A program made the position numbers and the translations under genes. The notes beneath the pieces were generated by a model. The model worked only from the letters and a program-made list of their open reading frames with translations. It did no database searches and had not been told where the DNA came from. A DNA stretch of 64,000 nucleotides from an uncultured Bacteroidia bacterium (GTDB lineage Bacteria; UBA4055). This document shows positions 1 through 11,021 of this stretch, piece after piece (position 1 is the first letter of the stretch; the number at the start of each line of letters is the position of its first letter). The stretch covers positions 259,075-323,074 of the forward strand of contig CAZYNH010000002.1 of the NCBI GenBank assembly GCA_964648295.1. The letters run 5' to 3'.

Positions 1-1
1 G

Positions 2-130
2 ATCACTCAGGAACAGCTTGAGGAAATAGCCCAGAAAAAAATGGAGGACCTGAACGCCAATGATCTTCAGGCGGCGGTCAATATTATTGCGGGAACATGC
101 AGAAGCATGGGAGTGATAGTAAAAAAATAA
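2..130 (+). CDS. rplK: 50S ribosomal protein L11, C-terminal part (gene starts before the window)
   Basis: Manual translation [42 protein letters not shown] matches the L11 C-terminus; lies directly upstream of rplA. Confidence 0.95.
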   Translation: MTQEQLEEIAQKKMEDLNANDLQAAVNIIAGTCRSMGVIVKK

Positions 131-137
131 ATTCGGT

Positions 138-175
138 GAACCGGAAGCGCGCTAATGCCGGAGCGCCGACGGTTC
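138..175 (+). promoter_or_regulatory. Hairpin in the rplK-rplA spacer, candidate L1-binding autoregulatory site
   Basis: GAACCG/CGGTTC outer stem, GAA/CGA internal loop, GCGC/GCGC inner stem; position before rplA fits known L1 operators, but the match is by eye only. Confidence 0.3.
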
Positions 176-205
176 GGACTTATTTAAAGAAGACAGAGGA
201 ATATA

Positions 206-907
206 ATGAAAAAAACAAAAAGAATGACCAAGATGCTCGAAGCAGCACCCCAGAGGAGAGGCCTGAACTACCAGGAAGCCGTGAGGTTCTGCAAGGCAAA
301 CGCTACGGCCAAGTTTGACGAGACGGTCGAGGTCGCTGTAAATCTGGGTGTCGATCCGAGGCACGCGGATCAGATAGTCAGGGGCGTTGTGTCGCTCCCG
401 CACGGAACAGGTAAGGAAGTAAGGGTACTTGTTTTTGCCATGGAAGAAAAAGCCAAGGAGGCTTTGGCGGCAGGCGCTGACTACGCAGGATTTGAAGAAT
501 ACATGACCAAGATCTCAGAAGGATGGACAGATATCGATGTCATCATCGCAACTCCCGATATGATGGCTAAGATCAGCCGTCTCGGAAAAGTGCTCGGTCC
601 GAGAGGACTCATGCCGAACCCCAAAAGCGGTACCGTCACCAACGATGTCGGCCAGGCAGTAAAAGAAGTCAAGGCCGGTAAGATAGATTTCCGTACCGAA
701 AAGAAAGGTATTGTTCATGTCGGTATAGGCAAAGCCTCGTTCACTGAGACTCAGCTTGAGGAAAATCTGCTGGAGTTCATAAAGAAGATACTGTCACTAA
801 AACCTGCGGCTTCAAAAGGCACATACCTTAAGAAACTGACAATATCGTCAACCATGGGCCTCGGCTATGAGATAGACAGGAACTCAATCCCGGCTCTCAA
901 CGGATAG
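206..907 (+). CDS. rplA: 50S ribosomal protein L1
   Basis: [44 protein letters not shown] motifs; synteny. Confidence 0.98.
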   Translation: MKKTKRMTKMLEAAPQRRGLNYQEAVRFCKANATAKFDETVEVAVNLGVDPRHADQIVRGVVSLPHGTGKEVRVLVFAMEEKAKEALAAGADYAGFEEYMTKISEGWTDIDVIIATPDMMAKISRLGKVLGPRGLMPNPKSGTVTNDVGQAVKEVKAGKIDFRTEKKGIVHVGIGKASFTETQLEENLLEFIKKILSLKPAASKGTYLKKLTISSTMGLGYEIDRNSIPALNG

Positions 908-944
908 CCCGGTCTTAAAGGAATTCACTTTATCGGAGAATAAA

Positions 945-1460
945 ATGACTGATGGAACAATAACAAAACAGCAAACAATCGAGAAACAGGCCGTTATAGA
1001 CGAGATAAAGAGCAAGCTTGGTTCTTCTTCGGCATTCTATGTGACGAGATATGACAGTATAAATGTCGAGAATATTTCTAAGCTGAGAAAAGATCTCAGG
1101 GCGGTAAATTCCGAAATGAAAGTATTCAAGAATACACTGGTAAAGAAAGCGCTTCAGGGGTCCGAATATTTGTCAAATTTCGAGAATATACTTCACGGGC
1201 CCAACTCTATCACTTTCGCCTATGCGGATCCCGCTTCTCCCGCGAAGATACTTTTCGAGTTCGCTAAAAAGAACACCGCGCTTCAGATAAAAGGGTGTCT
1301 GTTCGAGAACCAGTTCTACGGCGCCGACAAGATGTCGGTTATCAAGGATCTGCCTACAAGAGATGCTCTGCTTTCAATGCTGGCAAGTGTCCTTAACGAG
1401 CCTATGGCTAAACTTGCCCGTACGCTTGACGCGCTCAGGGTCGCAAGAGAAAATAGTTAA
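945..1460 (+). CDS. rplJ: 50S ribosomal protein L10
   Basis: [27 protein letters not shown] motifs; between rplA and rplL; GGAG SD. Confidence 0.96.
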   Translation: MTDGTITKQQTIEKQAVIDEIKSKLGSSSAFYVTRYDSINVENISKLRKDLRAVNSEMKVFKNTLVKKALQGSEYLSNFENILHGPNSITFAYADPASPAKILFEFAKKNTALQIKGCLFENQFYGADKMSVIKDLPTRDALLSMLASVLNEPMAKLARTLDALRVARENS

Positions 1461-1489
1461 TTAATAATAAAACCGTACCGGAGGATTTC

Positions 1490-1855
1490 GTGCAAGAAAT
1501 ACTAGACAAATTGGAAAAAATGACGGCAATGGAGCTGTCAGAGCTTGTAAAAGCTATCGAGGAAAAATTCGGAGTTACCGCTGCAGCGCCTACAATGGTC
1601 GCCGGAGCCGGAGCCGTAGCAGAAGAGGCTAAAGAAGAAGAAAAAACTGATTTTGACGTTATTCTTCTCTCTTCAGGAGACAAAAAGATCCAGGTTATAA
1701 AAGTGATCAGAGAGATGACCGGACTTGGCCTGAAAGAAGCAAAAGCTCTTGTTGATGAATGCCCGAGCACAGTAAAAGAAGCTGTTCCCAAAGACGAAGC
1801 GTTAAAAATGAAAGCTCAGATCGAGGAAGCAGGCGGACAGGCGGACCTTAAATAG
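1490..1855 (+). CDS. rplL: 50S ribosomal protein L7/L12 (GTG start)
   Basis: [30 protein letters not shown] motifs; GGAGG SD. Confidence 0.98.
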   Translation: MQEILDKLEKMTAMELSELVKAIEEKFGVTAAAPTMVAGAGAVAEEAKEEEKTDFDVILLSSGDKKIQVIKVIREMTGLGLKEAKALVDECPSTVKEAVPKDEALKMKAQIEEAGGQADLK

Positions 1856-1877
1856 GCTTTGAAAAATAATCTTTCCG

Positions 1878-1914
1878 GAAAAAGTTATTCCTGAGCTGTA
1901 GGAATAGCTTTTTC
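1878..1914 (+). terminator. Intrinsic terminator-like hairpin after rplL
   Basis: GAAAAAGTTATTCCT-gagctgt-AGGAATAGCTTTTTC inverted repeat. Confidence 0.7.
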
Positions 1915-1996
1915 TGTCCTATTTGAATATTCGCAGTTAATGTCAGTTTCGTACGGGATAATATTATAAAATCGAGCGTAAGATGTTCATTAAATC

Positions 1997-2038
1997 AAAA
2001 ACCTAAACATAACGGAAAAGCGTATGTTGGGTTTTTTT
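1997..2038 (+). terminator. Terminator/attenuator-like hairpin with U7 tract in the rpoB leader
   Basis: AAAAACCTAAACATAACG-gaaaag-CGTATGTTGGGTTTTTTT, 56 nt before the rpoB start. Confidence 0.55.
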
Positions 2039-2094
2039 ATTTTATTTATACGCTGAAGTCCTTAGAACAAAAACAGTAAACGGGAGGACTAAAC

Positions 2095-5000
2095 TTGAAG
2101 AAGAACGAAAACAAAAGGATAAGTTTCTCAAGGATCCCCGAGGTTCTTGAAATGCCCGACCTTCTTGAGCTGCAGGTGAATTCATTCGAGAAATTCATTC
2201 AGAAAAGCACTAAAGGGAATAAGAAAAAGTATTCAGGTCTCCATCAGGCCTTCAAAAACACTTTTCCGATCACTGATACCAGAGAAAAATATCTTCTTGA
2301 ATACATTGATTATTCGGTGGGGCAGCCCAAGTATACGGTAGTGGAATGTCAGGAGATAGGAACCACATACAGTGCTCCCCTGAAGGTCAGATTGAGGCTT
2401 TCTAAAAAAGCCGAGAATTCAGACGAATACCAGCAGACTATTGAGTCTGAGACATATTTCGGAACGGTCCCGATGATGAGCCCCAAGGGAACGTTTATAA
2501 TAAACGGAGCGGAGAGGGTGATCGTTACGCAGCTTCACAGATCTCCGGGCGCGTTCTTTTCGTCCAGGGTCCACCCCAACTCAACAACTCTTTTTTCCGC
2601 AAAGATAATACCATTCAGGGGATCATGGCTTGAATTTGAAACTACCATAAACGATTCTATGCAGGTATACATTGACAGGAAAAAGAAATTCCCTGTCACT
2701 ATTTTTCTAAGGGCGCTGGGTTTTTCGACCAATGAGGAAATATTCGGCATGTTCGATCTTTACGAAAAGGTAAAACTTACCAAAAAAAGCTCTTCTGAAC
2801 TTGCAGGCAGGATACTTTTTAAAGAGATAATTGTACCGGGCACAAAGAGCGACGATAAGAAACAGCCGTCACAGCCGCTTGTGCTTGCTACAGGGACAAA
2901 ACTGACGGCCGCCAATATTGACGCGGCTTATGAGAGCGGTGTAAGCGCAATGACCCTTGTCAAAGCAAAGGACAGGCTAAAATTCAATCTGATCTTCAAC
3001 ACTATAAGCAAGGATATCACCACCAGCCAGGACGATGCCCTTATGTATATATACGAGCAGCTGAGAGCTACCGAATCCCCCGATATTGATACAGCCAGGA
3101 AACATTTTGACAGGATGTTCTTTGACGATAAACGCTACGACCTGGGCGATGTGGGAAGGTACAGGATAAATCAGAAAATGGACCACAGGCATGAAGTTCT
3201 TCTCGCATATTTTAGAAGGATGAATAAAAAGAAAATGGTCAGGCTCAAGGTTTCTTCCGATAATTTCCAGCTACATCCTGTTGATAAGGTTATAAAAGCG
3301 CTTGAGAAAGCAAAGGACAGCGACAAGAAAGATATAATGGAAATGATAAGGGAGACTTATCTTGATACAACGCTTATTACAGATTTCGACATTATTTCCA
3401 TCGTGCAGGAAGTACTTGACATAAAGAACGGAAAACGAATAGTCGATGATATTGATCATCTGGGTAACAGAAGGATTAAAACGGTCGGTGAGCAGCTCGC
3501 GAACCAGTTCGGTATAGCCCTCTCAAGAATGAGCAGGACGATCAAGGAGAGAATGTCGCTGGCGAAACCGGAAGAAGAACTAGCGGTGGCTGACCTTATA
3601 AACATTAAGACGCTCGCCAGCGTTCTCAACGCTTTCTTCGGCACCAATCAGCTCTCTCAGTTCATGGATCAGGTAAATCCGCTCGCCGAGATCACCCACA
3701 AGAGAAGGCTTTCCGCCCTGGGCGCAGGAGGTCTGACAAGAGACAGGGCCGGTTTCGAGGTCCGTGACGTTCATTATACGCACTACGGCCGTCTGTGCCC
3801 GATCGAGACCCCTGAGGGACCGAACATCGGTCTGATATCCTCTCTCGCCGCATACGCGAGAGTGAATGACATGGGCTTTATCGAAACTCCATACAGGAAA
3901 GTAAAAAAGGGTAAGGTCACCAACGAGATCGAATATCTCACGGCGGATGAAGAGGACAGGAACATTATAGCTCAGGCCAACGCTCCGATAGATGAAAAAG
4001 GTAATTTCTTAAATCCTGACGCGATACTTACAAGGTACAGGGGGGATTTCCCCATACAGACCAGTGATTCGGTCAATTATATGGACTGCACTCCGACCCA
4101 GGTAGTTTCAGCGGCCGCAAGTCTTATACCGTTCCTCGAGAACGACGACGCCAACAGGGCGCTGATGGGTTCGAACATGCAGAGGCAGGCCGTTCCTCTT
4201 CTTATGACAGAATCTCCGATCGTCGGAACAGGAATGGAAAGGAAGATAGCCAAAGATTCAAAAGCTATGGTCGAGTCCACAGTAGAGGGAGTGATCTCTA
4301 AGATCGACGCAAAAGGCTGTACCGTAAGAGTGACCAAAAAGAACGATCCCAAGGATGCTGACGAGGTTTATTACAGATTCGTGAAATTTTTCAGGACAAA
4401 TCAGGATACATGTATAAACAATGTGCCACTTCTTGACGCGGGAGACAAAGTCAAACCCGGAGATGTGCTCGCGGACGGGGCGGCAACAGAGAACGGAGAG
4501 CTTGCATTAGGCAAGAATGTCCTCGTGGCATATATGTCATGGAACGGATACAATTTTGAGGACGCGATAATTCTGAGCGAAAGGATGGTCAAAGAGGATA
4601 TTTTCACTTCGCTTCATATAAAAGAGTACGAATCAAGCGTCAAAGAGACAAAAAGGGGAGAGGAAGAGCTTACAAGAGAGATCCCCAATGTCAGCGAAGA
4701 GGCTACAAAGAACCTGAACGACAACGGTATTATAAGAATAGGCGCGGAGGTCTATCCCGGCGATATTCTCGTAGGTAAAGTAACGCCTAAAGGAGAGGTC
4801 AACCTAACCCCTGAAGACAAGCTGTTAAAGGCTATCTTCGGTGAAAAGGCCGGCGAGGTAAAAGACGCATCTCTAAGGGTTCCGCCCGGCGACAAAGGTA
4901 TTGTTATTGAAACAAAAGTGTTCTCAAGGAAGAAAAAAGATTCGTCCAAGAAGAGCAAAGAAAAAGACGAGATGAAGAAGCTTAAGAAAAAATACGACGA

Positions 5001-6054
5001 GGATCTCGCGCTTCTGGAAAACGAAAGGTCTGCGGAACTTTACGCTCTTCTGAAAGACAAAAGCATACTTTCGGATGTGGTCTGCCTTCAGAAAGAAAAA
5101 GGAACAAGGGTCGTAGTACTTAGCAAAGGGGAAAAAATAACCCAGAAAGCGTTCATGAAGCTTAACATAGAGGACTCTAATATCGCTACAGACTGGACGG
5201 ATGACGATCTTATCAACGAAAAGATCAGCGAGATAATCAACAACTACTCGATGATTGTGGATCAACTTAATGTAGACTATCAGAGAGACAGACAGAGACT
5301 TCTTTACGGAGATGAACTTCCGCCGGGAATTATTCAGCTCGTGAAAGTCTATATTGCCAAGAAAAGAAAGATCCAGATCGGTGACAAAATGGCGGGAAGG
5401 CACGGGAACAAAGGTATCGTTTCAAGGATAGTTCCTATTGAGGATCTTCCATATCTTGAGGACGGTACTCCTGTCGATATAATTTTAAACCCGCTCGGTG
5501 TTCCTTCAAGGATGAACCCCGGACAGATATTCGAGACAAATCTCGGCTGGGCAGGAAAGACTCTCGGGGAAAAATATTCGACCCCGGTATTTGACGGAGC
5601 GTTCATTGAGGACGTGAAAGGTAAACTTAAGGAAGCGCACCTGCCTCTTTCCGGTAAATCTGTCCTATATGACGGCCTGACCGGAGAAAAATTCGCGCAG
5701 GAGATCACTGTAGGGGTTACTTATATGCTCAAACTGTCGCATCTGGTCGAGGACAAGCTTCACGCAAGATCAATCGGACCGTATTCCCTTATCACCCAGC
5801 AGCCTCTCGGCGGAAAAGCCCAGTTCGGAGGACAGAGGTTCGGTGAGATGGAGGTATGGGCTCTTGAAGCATACGGAGCGGTTCATATACTGCAGGAGAT
5901 GCTGACTTATAAATCAGATGATGTCAACGGAAGAACTAAAGTCTACGAAGCCATTGTTAAAGGTCTTGAAATACCCAAACCGGGAATACCGGAGGCCTTC
6001 AATGTTCTTATCAAGGAGCTTTACGGCTTGAATCTTGATGTTAAGCTGGAATGA
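2095..6054 (+). CDS. rpoB: RNA polymerase beta subunit (TTG start)
   Basis: [67 protein letters not shown]; GGAGG SD. Confidence 0.99.
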   Translation: MKKNENKRISFSRIPEVLEMPDLLELQVNSFEKFIQKSTKGNKKKYSGLHQAFKNTFPITDTREKYLLEYIDYSVGQPKYTVVECQEIGTTYSAPLKVRLRLSKKAENSDEYQQTIESETYFGTVPMMSPKGTFIINGAERVIVTQLHRSPGAFFSSRVHPNSTTLFSAKIIPFRGSWLEFETTINDSMQVYIDRKKKFPVTIFLRALGFSTNEEIFGMFDLYEKVKLTKKSSSELAGRILFKEIIVPGTKSDDKKQPSQPLVLATGTKLTAANIDAAYESGVSAMTLVKAKDRLKFNLIFNTISKDITTSQDDALMYIYEQLRATESPDIDTARKHFDRMFFDDKRYDLGDVGRYRINQKMDHRHEVLLAYFRRMNKKKMVRLKVSSDNFQLHPVDKVIKALEKAKDSDKKDIMEMIRETYLDTTLITDFDIISIVQEVLDIKNGKRIVDDIDHLGNRRIKTVGEQLANQFGIALSRMSRTIKERMSLAKPEEELAVADLINIKTLASVLNAFFGTNQLSQFMDQVNPLAEITHKRRLSALGAGGLTRDRAGFEVRDVHYTHYGRLCPIETPEGPNIGLISSLAAYARVNDMGFIETPYRKVKKGKVTNEIEYLTADEEDRNIIAQANAPIDEKGNFLNPDAILTRYRGDFPIQTSDSVNYMDCTPTQVVSAAASLIPFLENDDANRALMGSNMQRQAVPLLMTESPIVGTGMERKIAKDSKAMVESTVEGVISKIDAKGCTVRVTKKNDPKDADEVYYRFVKFFRTNQDTCINNVPLLDAGDKVKPGDVLADGAATENGELALGKNVLVAYMSWNGYNFEDAIILSERMVKEDIFTSLHIKEYESSVKETKRGEEELTREIPNVSEEATKNLNDNGIIRIGAEVYPGDILVGKVTPKGEVNLTPEDKLLKAIFGEKAGEVKDASLRVPPGDKGIVIETKVFSRKKKDSSKKSKEKDEMKKLKKKYDEDLALLENERSAELYALLKDKSILSDVVCLQKEKGTRVVVLSKGEKITQKAFMKLNIEDSNIATDWTDDDLINEKISEIINNYSMIVDQLNVDYQRDRQRLLYGDELPPGIIQLVKVYIAKKRKIQIGDKMAGRHGNKGIVSRIVPIEDLPYLEDGTPVDIILNPLGVPSRMNPGQIFETNLGWAGKTLGEKYSTPVFDGAFIEDVKGKLKEAHLPLSGKSVLYDGLTGEKFAQEITVGVTYMLKLSHLVEDKLHARSIGPYSLITQQPLGGKAQFGGQRFGEMEVWALEAYGAVHILQEMLTYKSDDVNGRTKVYEAIVKGLEIPKPGIPEAFNVLIKELYGLNLDVKLE

Positions 6055-6106
6055 TCTAATGTAACTTTAATTTATGATCGGCATGTATTAAAAACAGGAG
6101 TCAGGA

Positions 6107-9100
6107 ATGCCAAGATTGCGTCAGAGAGACATATTGCATAAAGCCTTTTCAAAGTTTTCGATAAAGCTTCTTTCAAGCGAGGAAGTACTGAAAACGAGCA
6201 AGGGCGAAGTTACAAAAGCGGAGACGGTAAATTACAGAACCTATAAGCCTGAAAAGGACGGACTTTTCTGCGAGCGTATTTTCGGACCGCAGAAGGACTG
6301 GGAATGTTCATGCGGTAAATACAGAGGTTCCAGATATAAGGGTATCGTCTGCGACAAATGCGGCGTTGAGGTAAACAGAAGAAGCGTCAGAAGGGAAAGG
6401 ATAGGTCATATTAAGCTGGCCGTTCCGATCGTTCATATCTGGTTCTTCAGATCACTGCCGTCAAAGATAGGTAATCTTCTCGATTATACTGTCAAGACAC
6501 TGGAACAAATAATTTATTATGAAAAATATGTTGTCATTAAGCCGGGCAGGATCATTTCGGACTATCAGCTTCTCGTCGAAAGATATTCGAAGACCTATCT
6601 GGAGAAATATTTCAAGTTCATTACCGAGCTTGAAAAACTGTTCTATCTTTCGATAAAAGACAACACGCAGAAAGAGATGATCAATATCGTTCTGAAAGAA
6701 TTCTACTCGAATTTCGAGGAGAAAGCAGAGATCAAAAAGGTTTTTGAAACTCTTTCGGAAAGGGCGTACGAGATAGTCGATATGATAGAAAGGTTCGTAG
6801 CGGAGAAATACAGGGAGAAAGACATTCGCGAAAGGGTTTATTCTATTCTATATGACGACTACGATTTCATGGAAAATCTCTCTTCATTCGTCGATTACGA
6901 TAAAGATATACAGTCCATACCGGTAAAAGATAAGAAGGATGTTTCTAAATTCGACAACCTTATCAGAGATGTCGTTAATCTGAAATTCGTCAGTATCGTA
7001 AAGGATATCAGGTATAAGTCCCTTATGTCGGAAAGCGATTATAACTCCGTTATAGAGAAAGTCGAGAAATATGAGAACGATTATTCAGGAGAGGAAAATT
7101 TCAGGGCTGAGATAGGTGCCGAAGCGGTCAGACTGCTTCTTAGAGAGCTTGATGTTAAACATATGTCTTCAGAGATGAGAAAACTTATCGAAGAGGAAAA
7201 GTCAGAGCAGAGCAAGCTTGAGATATTAAAAAAGCTGAATGTGGTCGAATCGTTTAAGAACAACATGGAAAGCAACAAGCCGGAGTACATGGTGCTTGAT
7301 GTTATCCCTGTCATACCACCCGAATTGAGACCTCTTGTACCTCTGGAGGGAGGAAGATTCGCAACCTCAGACTTGAACGACCTTTACAGAAGGGTCATTA
7401 TAAGGAACAACAGGCTGAGAAAGATGCTCGAGATCAAAGCTCCCGAAGTTATCGTCAGGAACGAAAAAAGGATGATCCAGGAAGCTGTCGATTCTCTTTT
7501 CGACAACGGAAGAAAGAATAATGTCGTAAGAAGCGACGGTAAAAGAGCTTTGAAATCACTTTCTGATTCTCTTAAAGGTAAACAGGGAAGGTTCAGAAGC
7601 AACCTTCTGGGAAAAAGGGTGGATTATTCGTGCCGTTCGGTCATTGTTGTCGGCCCCCAGCTCAAGCTTCACCAGTGCGGACTTCCAAAAGAGATGGCTC
7701 TGGAACTCTATAAGCCTTACCTTATAAGAAAACTCATTGAATACGATCCGAATGTTACCACGATAAAGAACGCCAAGAAAGAGATCGAGAGAGGAACTGA
7801 CAAGGTTTGGGAGCTCCTCGAAGGGCTTGTAGACGCGCATCCGGTTCTTTTAAACAGAGCGCCGACTCTTCACAGACTCGGTATACAGGCTTTCCAGCCT
7901 GTGCTGGTTGAGGGAAAAGCGATCCAGCTTCATCCGCTGGTCTGTAAGGCCTTCAACGCGGACTTCGACGGCGACCAGATGGCAGTCCATCTTCCGCTTT
8001 CGCCTGAAGCCAAACTCGAGGCAAGGCTTCTGATGATGGCTTCGCATAATCTTCTGCACCCCGCTACCGGAAGGCCGATCGCGTATCCGACTCAGGATAT
8101 GGTCCTGGGTATCTACTACATGACAAAAAGGAAGATGGAGCAGGACAAGAAGATCAGGATATATTCTAACATTGACGAAGTTAAACTCGCTCTTGATTTT
8201 AAAGTCCTTGATTATCATTCAGACATAAAATACCTCTTCAGAGGCGAGTTCATTGACACGACTCCCGGCAGGATACTCTTCAATGAAGTACTGCCGAAGG
8301 AAATGACAGAGAAGAAGTTCTATAACGAGCTGATGGTCAGTTCCCAGGTGGAAAAAATTATCGAAGAGGCGATCGAGAAAGTGGGTTTCAGCCAGACGGC
8401 TCTATTCCTCGACAGGCTCAAAGATTTCGGATATTGTTACGCGACTAAATCCGGGATTTCGATAGGCCTTGACGATTTTGTTATATCACCTCTCAAAGAT
8501 AAAGTTCTGAAAGCGGCAGAGAAAAAGGTTGAAATGATAAAGGAATCTTATGCCGAAGGTCAGATCACAGATACAGAAAGGTACAACAAAGTCGTTGACG
8601 AATGGACCAAGGCCACCAACAGGATCGAGAACGATATGTACGACAATCTGAGGCTGGATAAGGGAGGCTTCAATCCGGTATTCATGATGATGGACTCAAA
8701 AGCCAGAGGTTCCAGGACCCAGATCAAGCAGATCTGCGGTATAAGGGGACTTATGCAGAAGCCTCAGAAGAATATAGAGGTTTCTTCAGACTCCGTTATC
8801 GAGAACCCGATCAAGACGAACTTTATTGACGGCCTTTCTATCCTCGACTATTTCATTTCAACTCACGGAGGAAGGAAGGGTCTGGCGGACACCGCTCTGA
8901 AGACCGCAGACGCAGGATATCTGACGCGAAAGCTCGTTGATGTTTCACACGATGTGGTTGTAACCGAAGATGACTGCAACACGATTATGGGAATTGATAT
9001 AGCTGACCTTAAGGAAGGCGACAAAGTACTGGAGAATTTTGAGGACAGGATATACGGAAGGGTCCTTGCCGAGGACGTTGTCGACTTCAGCGAAGATTCT

Positions 9101-10798
9101 GAAGGCAAGATAATCTGCGAGGCCGGAACGCTGGTGGACAGACCCATTGCAAAAAATATTGTCAACCATAATATCGAGAAAGTCAAGATAAGATCGGTTC
9201 TCACTTGCGAATCCAAAAAAGGTATCTGCGCAAAATGTTACGGTCAGAATCTGACAACCAGAAAACTCGTCTCTGTCGGTGAAGCCGTGGGGATTATGGC
9301 AGCTCAGTCTATCGGAGAGCCGGGAACGCAGCTGACGCTCAGGACATTCCATGTTGGAGGTTCCGCCGATATCGCCACGATCAAATCAGAAGAGTTCGCC
9401 AAGTATGACGGAACGATAGATCTTGTCGATGTTGATACCGTGACATACGATAAAGCGCGCGTTGTCATAAGAAGGAACGGAGTTCTGAGACTGATAGATG
9501 ATTTCGGAAAGGAAGTAATGTCGGAAAACATACCGTATTCCGCCACAATAATGGTAAAGGACAAAGAAAGGGTTACCAAAGGACAGCTTCTGTACAAGTG
9601 GGATCCGTACAGCTATGTGATCCTGTCGCACAAGAATGGAAAAGTGAAATTCAAAGACATCGTCGAGGGCAGCACATTCAAAACATCTTTTGATGAAAAG
9701 ATAGGTCAGAAATACAAAGTGATGATAGAACCCAAGGAAAGAACTCTTAAACCTACAATCTACATAGTTGACAAGGACGGTAATGAGATCGCAAAATACC
9801 TCCCGCCTTCAGGAGGAGCTCTCCAGGTCGAGGACGGCGACAAAGTAAAAGCCGGACAGGTTCTGATAAAGATGCAGAGAAGCCAGGGAAAAACAAAAGA
9901 TATCACCGGAGGTCTGCCCAGGGTCAGCGAACTTTTTGAAGCCAGGGATCCCAAAGACCCGGCCATACTTTCTGAAATTGACGGTGTGGTAAAATACGGC
10001 GATTTCAAGGGTACCTCACAGATAATCATGGTCGAGGACCTGAACGGAAATGAGGTAAGGACTTACAGCGTTCCCCGCGGAAAGCATATTCTTGTCCATG
10101 ACGGCGATATAATATATGCCGGAGAAAAATTGACCGAAGGATCGATAAAACCTGACGACATCCTGCATATTCTCGGAACGACAAGGGTTCAGCACTTCCT
10201 TGTTAACCAGATACAGGAGGTTTACAGAGGCTCAGGCGTGAATCCGAACGATAAGCACATCGAGGTAATCGTAAGGCAGATGCTCCAGAAAGTACAGATC
10301 GTAAATCCGGGGGATACTTCTTTCCTCGAAGGCGATAAAGTAAGTAAATTCGTCCTCTCAAAGAACAACTCGGATATTTACGATAAGGTCATTGTAACAG
10401 ATCCCGGAGATTCAAAGTTCGAGGAAGGAGAGATGCTCATTACTTATGAAGCAGACAACAGGAACAAGAAACTTACAGAAGAAGGCAAGAGCCTGATCAA
10501 ATTCAGGCCCGCAAGACCCGCGACATACAAGCCTCTGCTTCTGGGTATAACCGAAGCCGCTCTGCAGGTTGATTCATTTATATCTGCCGCTTCATTCCAG
10601 GAAACGACGAAAGTGCTTACTGATGCCGCCATCAAGTCTTCGACAGACTATCTTGAAGGGTTGAAAGAAAATGTGATCATGGGTAACCTGCTGCCGTGCG
10701 GAACAGGGCTCGCAAAATACAATTACCTCAAAGTAAGCAATAAATTCGAGGAAGAAGAAGAAGAGGAAGAACCGGAAAGAATCAGTTACAGAGATTAA
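6107..10798 (+). CDS. rpoC: RNA polymerase beta-prime subunit
   Basis: Zn ribbon CSC..CDKC, catalytic [34 protein letters not shown]; large extra N-terminal insertion. Confidence 0.99.
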   Translation: MPRLRQRDILHKAFSKFSIKLLSSEEVLKTSKGEVTKAETVNYRTYKPEKDGLFCERIFGPQKDWECSCGKYRGSRYKGIVCDKCGVEVNRRSVRRERIGHIKLAVPIVHIWFFRSLPSKIGNLLDYTVKTLEQIIYYEKYVVIKPGRIISDYQLLVERYSKTYLEKYFKFITELEKLFYLSIKDNTQKEMINIVLKEFYSNFEEKAEIKKVFETLSERAYEIVDMIERFVAEKYREKDIRERVYSILYDDYDFMENLSSFVDYDKDIQSIPVKDKKDVSKFDNLIRDVVNLKFVSIVKDIRYKSLMSESDYNSVIEKVEKYENDYSGEENFRAEIGAEAVRLLLRELDVKHMSSEMRKLIEEEKSEQSKLEILKKLNVVESFKNNMESNKPEYMVLDVIPVIPPELRPLVPLEGGRFATSDLNDLYRRVIIRNNRLRKMLEIKAPEVIVRNEKRMIQEAVDSLFDNGRKNNVVRSDGKRALKSLSDSLKGKQGRFRSNLLGKRVDYSCRSVIVVGPQLKLHQCGLPKEMALELYKPYLIRKLIEYDPNVTTIKNAKKEIERGTDKVWELLEGLVDAHPVLLNRAPTLHRLGIQAFQPVLVEGKAIQLHPLVCKAFNADFDGDQMAVHLPLSPEAKLEARLLMMASHNLLHPATGRPIAYPTQDMVLGIYYMTKRKMEQDKKIRIYSNIDEVKLALDFKVLDYHSDIKYLFRGEFIDTTPGRILFNEVLPKEMTEKKFYNELMVSSQVEKIIEEAIEKVGFSQTALFLDRLKDFGYCYATKSGISIGLDDFVISPLKDKVLKAAEKKVEMIKESYAEGQITDTERYNKVVDEWTKATNRIENDMYDNLRLDKGGFNPVFMMMDSKARGSRTQIKQICGIRGLMQKPQKNIEVSSDSVIENPIKTNFIDGLSILDYFISTHGGRKGLADTALKTADAGYLTRKLVDVSHDVVVTEDDCNTIMGIDIADLKEGDKVLENFEDRIYGRVLAEDVVDFSEDSEGKIICEAGTLVDRPIAKNIVNHNIEKVKIRSVLTCESKKGICAKCYGQNLTTRKLVSVGEAVGIMAAQSIGEPGTQLTLRTFHVGGSADIATIKSEEFAKYDGTIDLVDVDTVTYDKARVVIRRNGVLRLIDDFGKEVMSENIPYSATIMVKDKERVTKGQLLYKWDPYSYVILSHKNGKVKFKDIVEGSTFKTSFDEKIGQKYKVMIEPKERTLKPTIYIVDKDGNEIAKYLPPSGGALQVEDGDKVKAGQVLIKMQRSQGKTKDITGGLPRVSELFEARDPKDPAILSEIDGVVKYGDFKGTSQIIMVEDLNGNEVRTYSVPRGKHILVHDGDIIYAGEKLTEGSIKPDDILHILGTTRVQHFLVNQIQEVYRGSGVNPNDKHIEVIVRQMLQKVQIVNPGDTSFLEGDKVSKFVLSKNNSDIYDKVIVTDPGDSKFEEGEMLITYEADNRNKKLTEEGKSLIKFRPARPATYKPLLLGITEAALQVDSFISAASFQETTKVLTDAAIKSSTDYLEGLKENVIMGNLLPCGTGLAKYNYLKVSNKFEEEEEEEEPERISYRD

Positions 10799-10830
10799 CC
10801 GGATTTGCCTTAAAAGCATATAAAAGTTGC

Positions 10831-10859
10831 TTGACAAGGTTTTGAAATAATCTTATATT
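10831..10859 (+). promoter_or_regulatory. Sigma70-type promoter for tRNA-Phe
   Basis: TTGACA(10831-36)-17 nt-TATATT(10854-59), followed by a GC-rich discriminator-like stretch. Confidence 0.8.
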
Positions 10860-10881
10860 TGACCCCGTACCGATTTTTGAT

Positions 10882-10957
10882 GCCTTCTTAGCTCAGTCGG
10901 TAGAGCAAAGGACTGAAAATCCTTGTGTCCGTGGTTCAATTCCGCGAGGAGGCACCA
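10882..10957 (+). tRNA. tRNA-Phe(GAA) with encoded CCA
   Basis: 76-nt cloverleaf: GCCTTCT/AGGAGGC acceptor stem, D arm TAGCTCAGTCGGTAGAGC, anticodon arm AAGGA-CTGAAAA-TCCTT, T loop GGTTCAATTCC. Confidence 0.97.
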
Positions 10958-10958
10958 G

Positions 10959-10998
10959 AAGATAAAAGGCTTTGAGAGATCAAAGCCTTTATCTTTTA
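10959..10998 (+). terminator. Intrinsic terminator after tRNA-Phe
   Basis: AAGATAAAAGGCTTTGA-gaga-TCAAAGCCTTTATCTTTT. Confidence 0.8.
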
Positions 10999-11021
10999 TA
11001 AAAAAAAGCTGGAGCAATGAC

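Noticed and set aside
3620-3780. Possible intrinsic rifampicin resistance (S522A- and P535A-like changes in the RRDR)
   Set aside because: Residues equivalent to Q513, D516, H526, R529 and S531 are canonical; Ala at 522 is common naturally, so no claim is supportable
10882-11020. tRNA-Phe as an integration site for a mobile element
   Set aside because: No integrase, no duplicated tRNA 3' end noticed in the window, and a normal terminator follows
10923-11021. 33-aa N-terminal extension of the acyl-CoA ligase/GNAT ORF in the track
   Set aside because: It overlaps tRNA-Phe and its terminator; ATG 11022 has an SD and matches the family N-terminus
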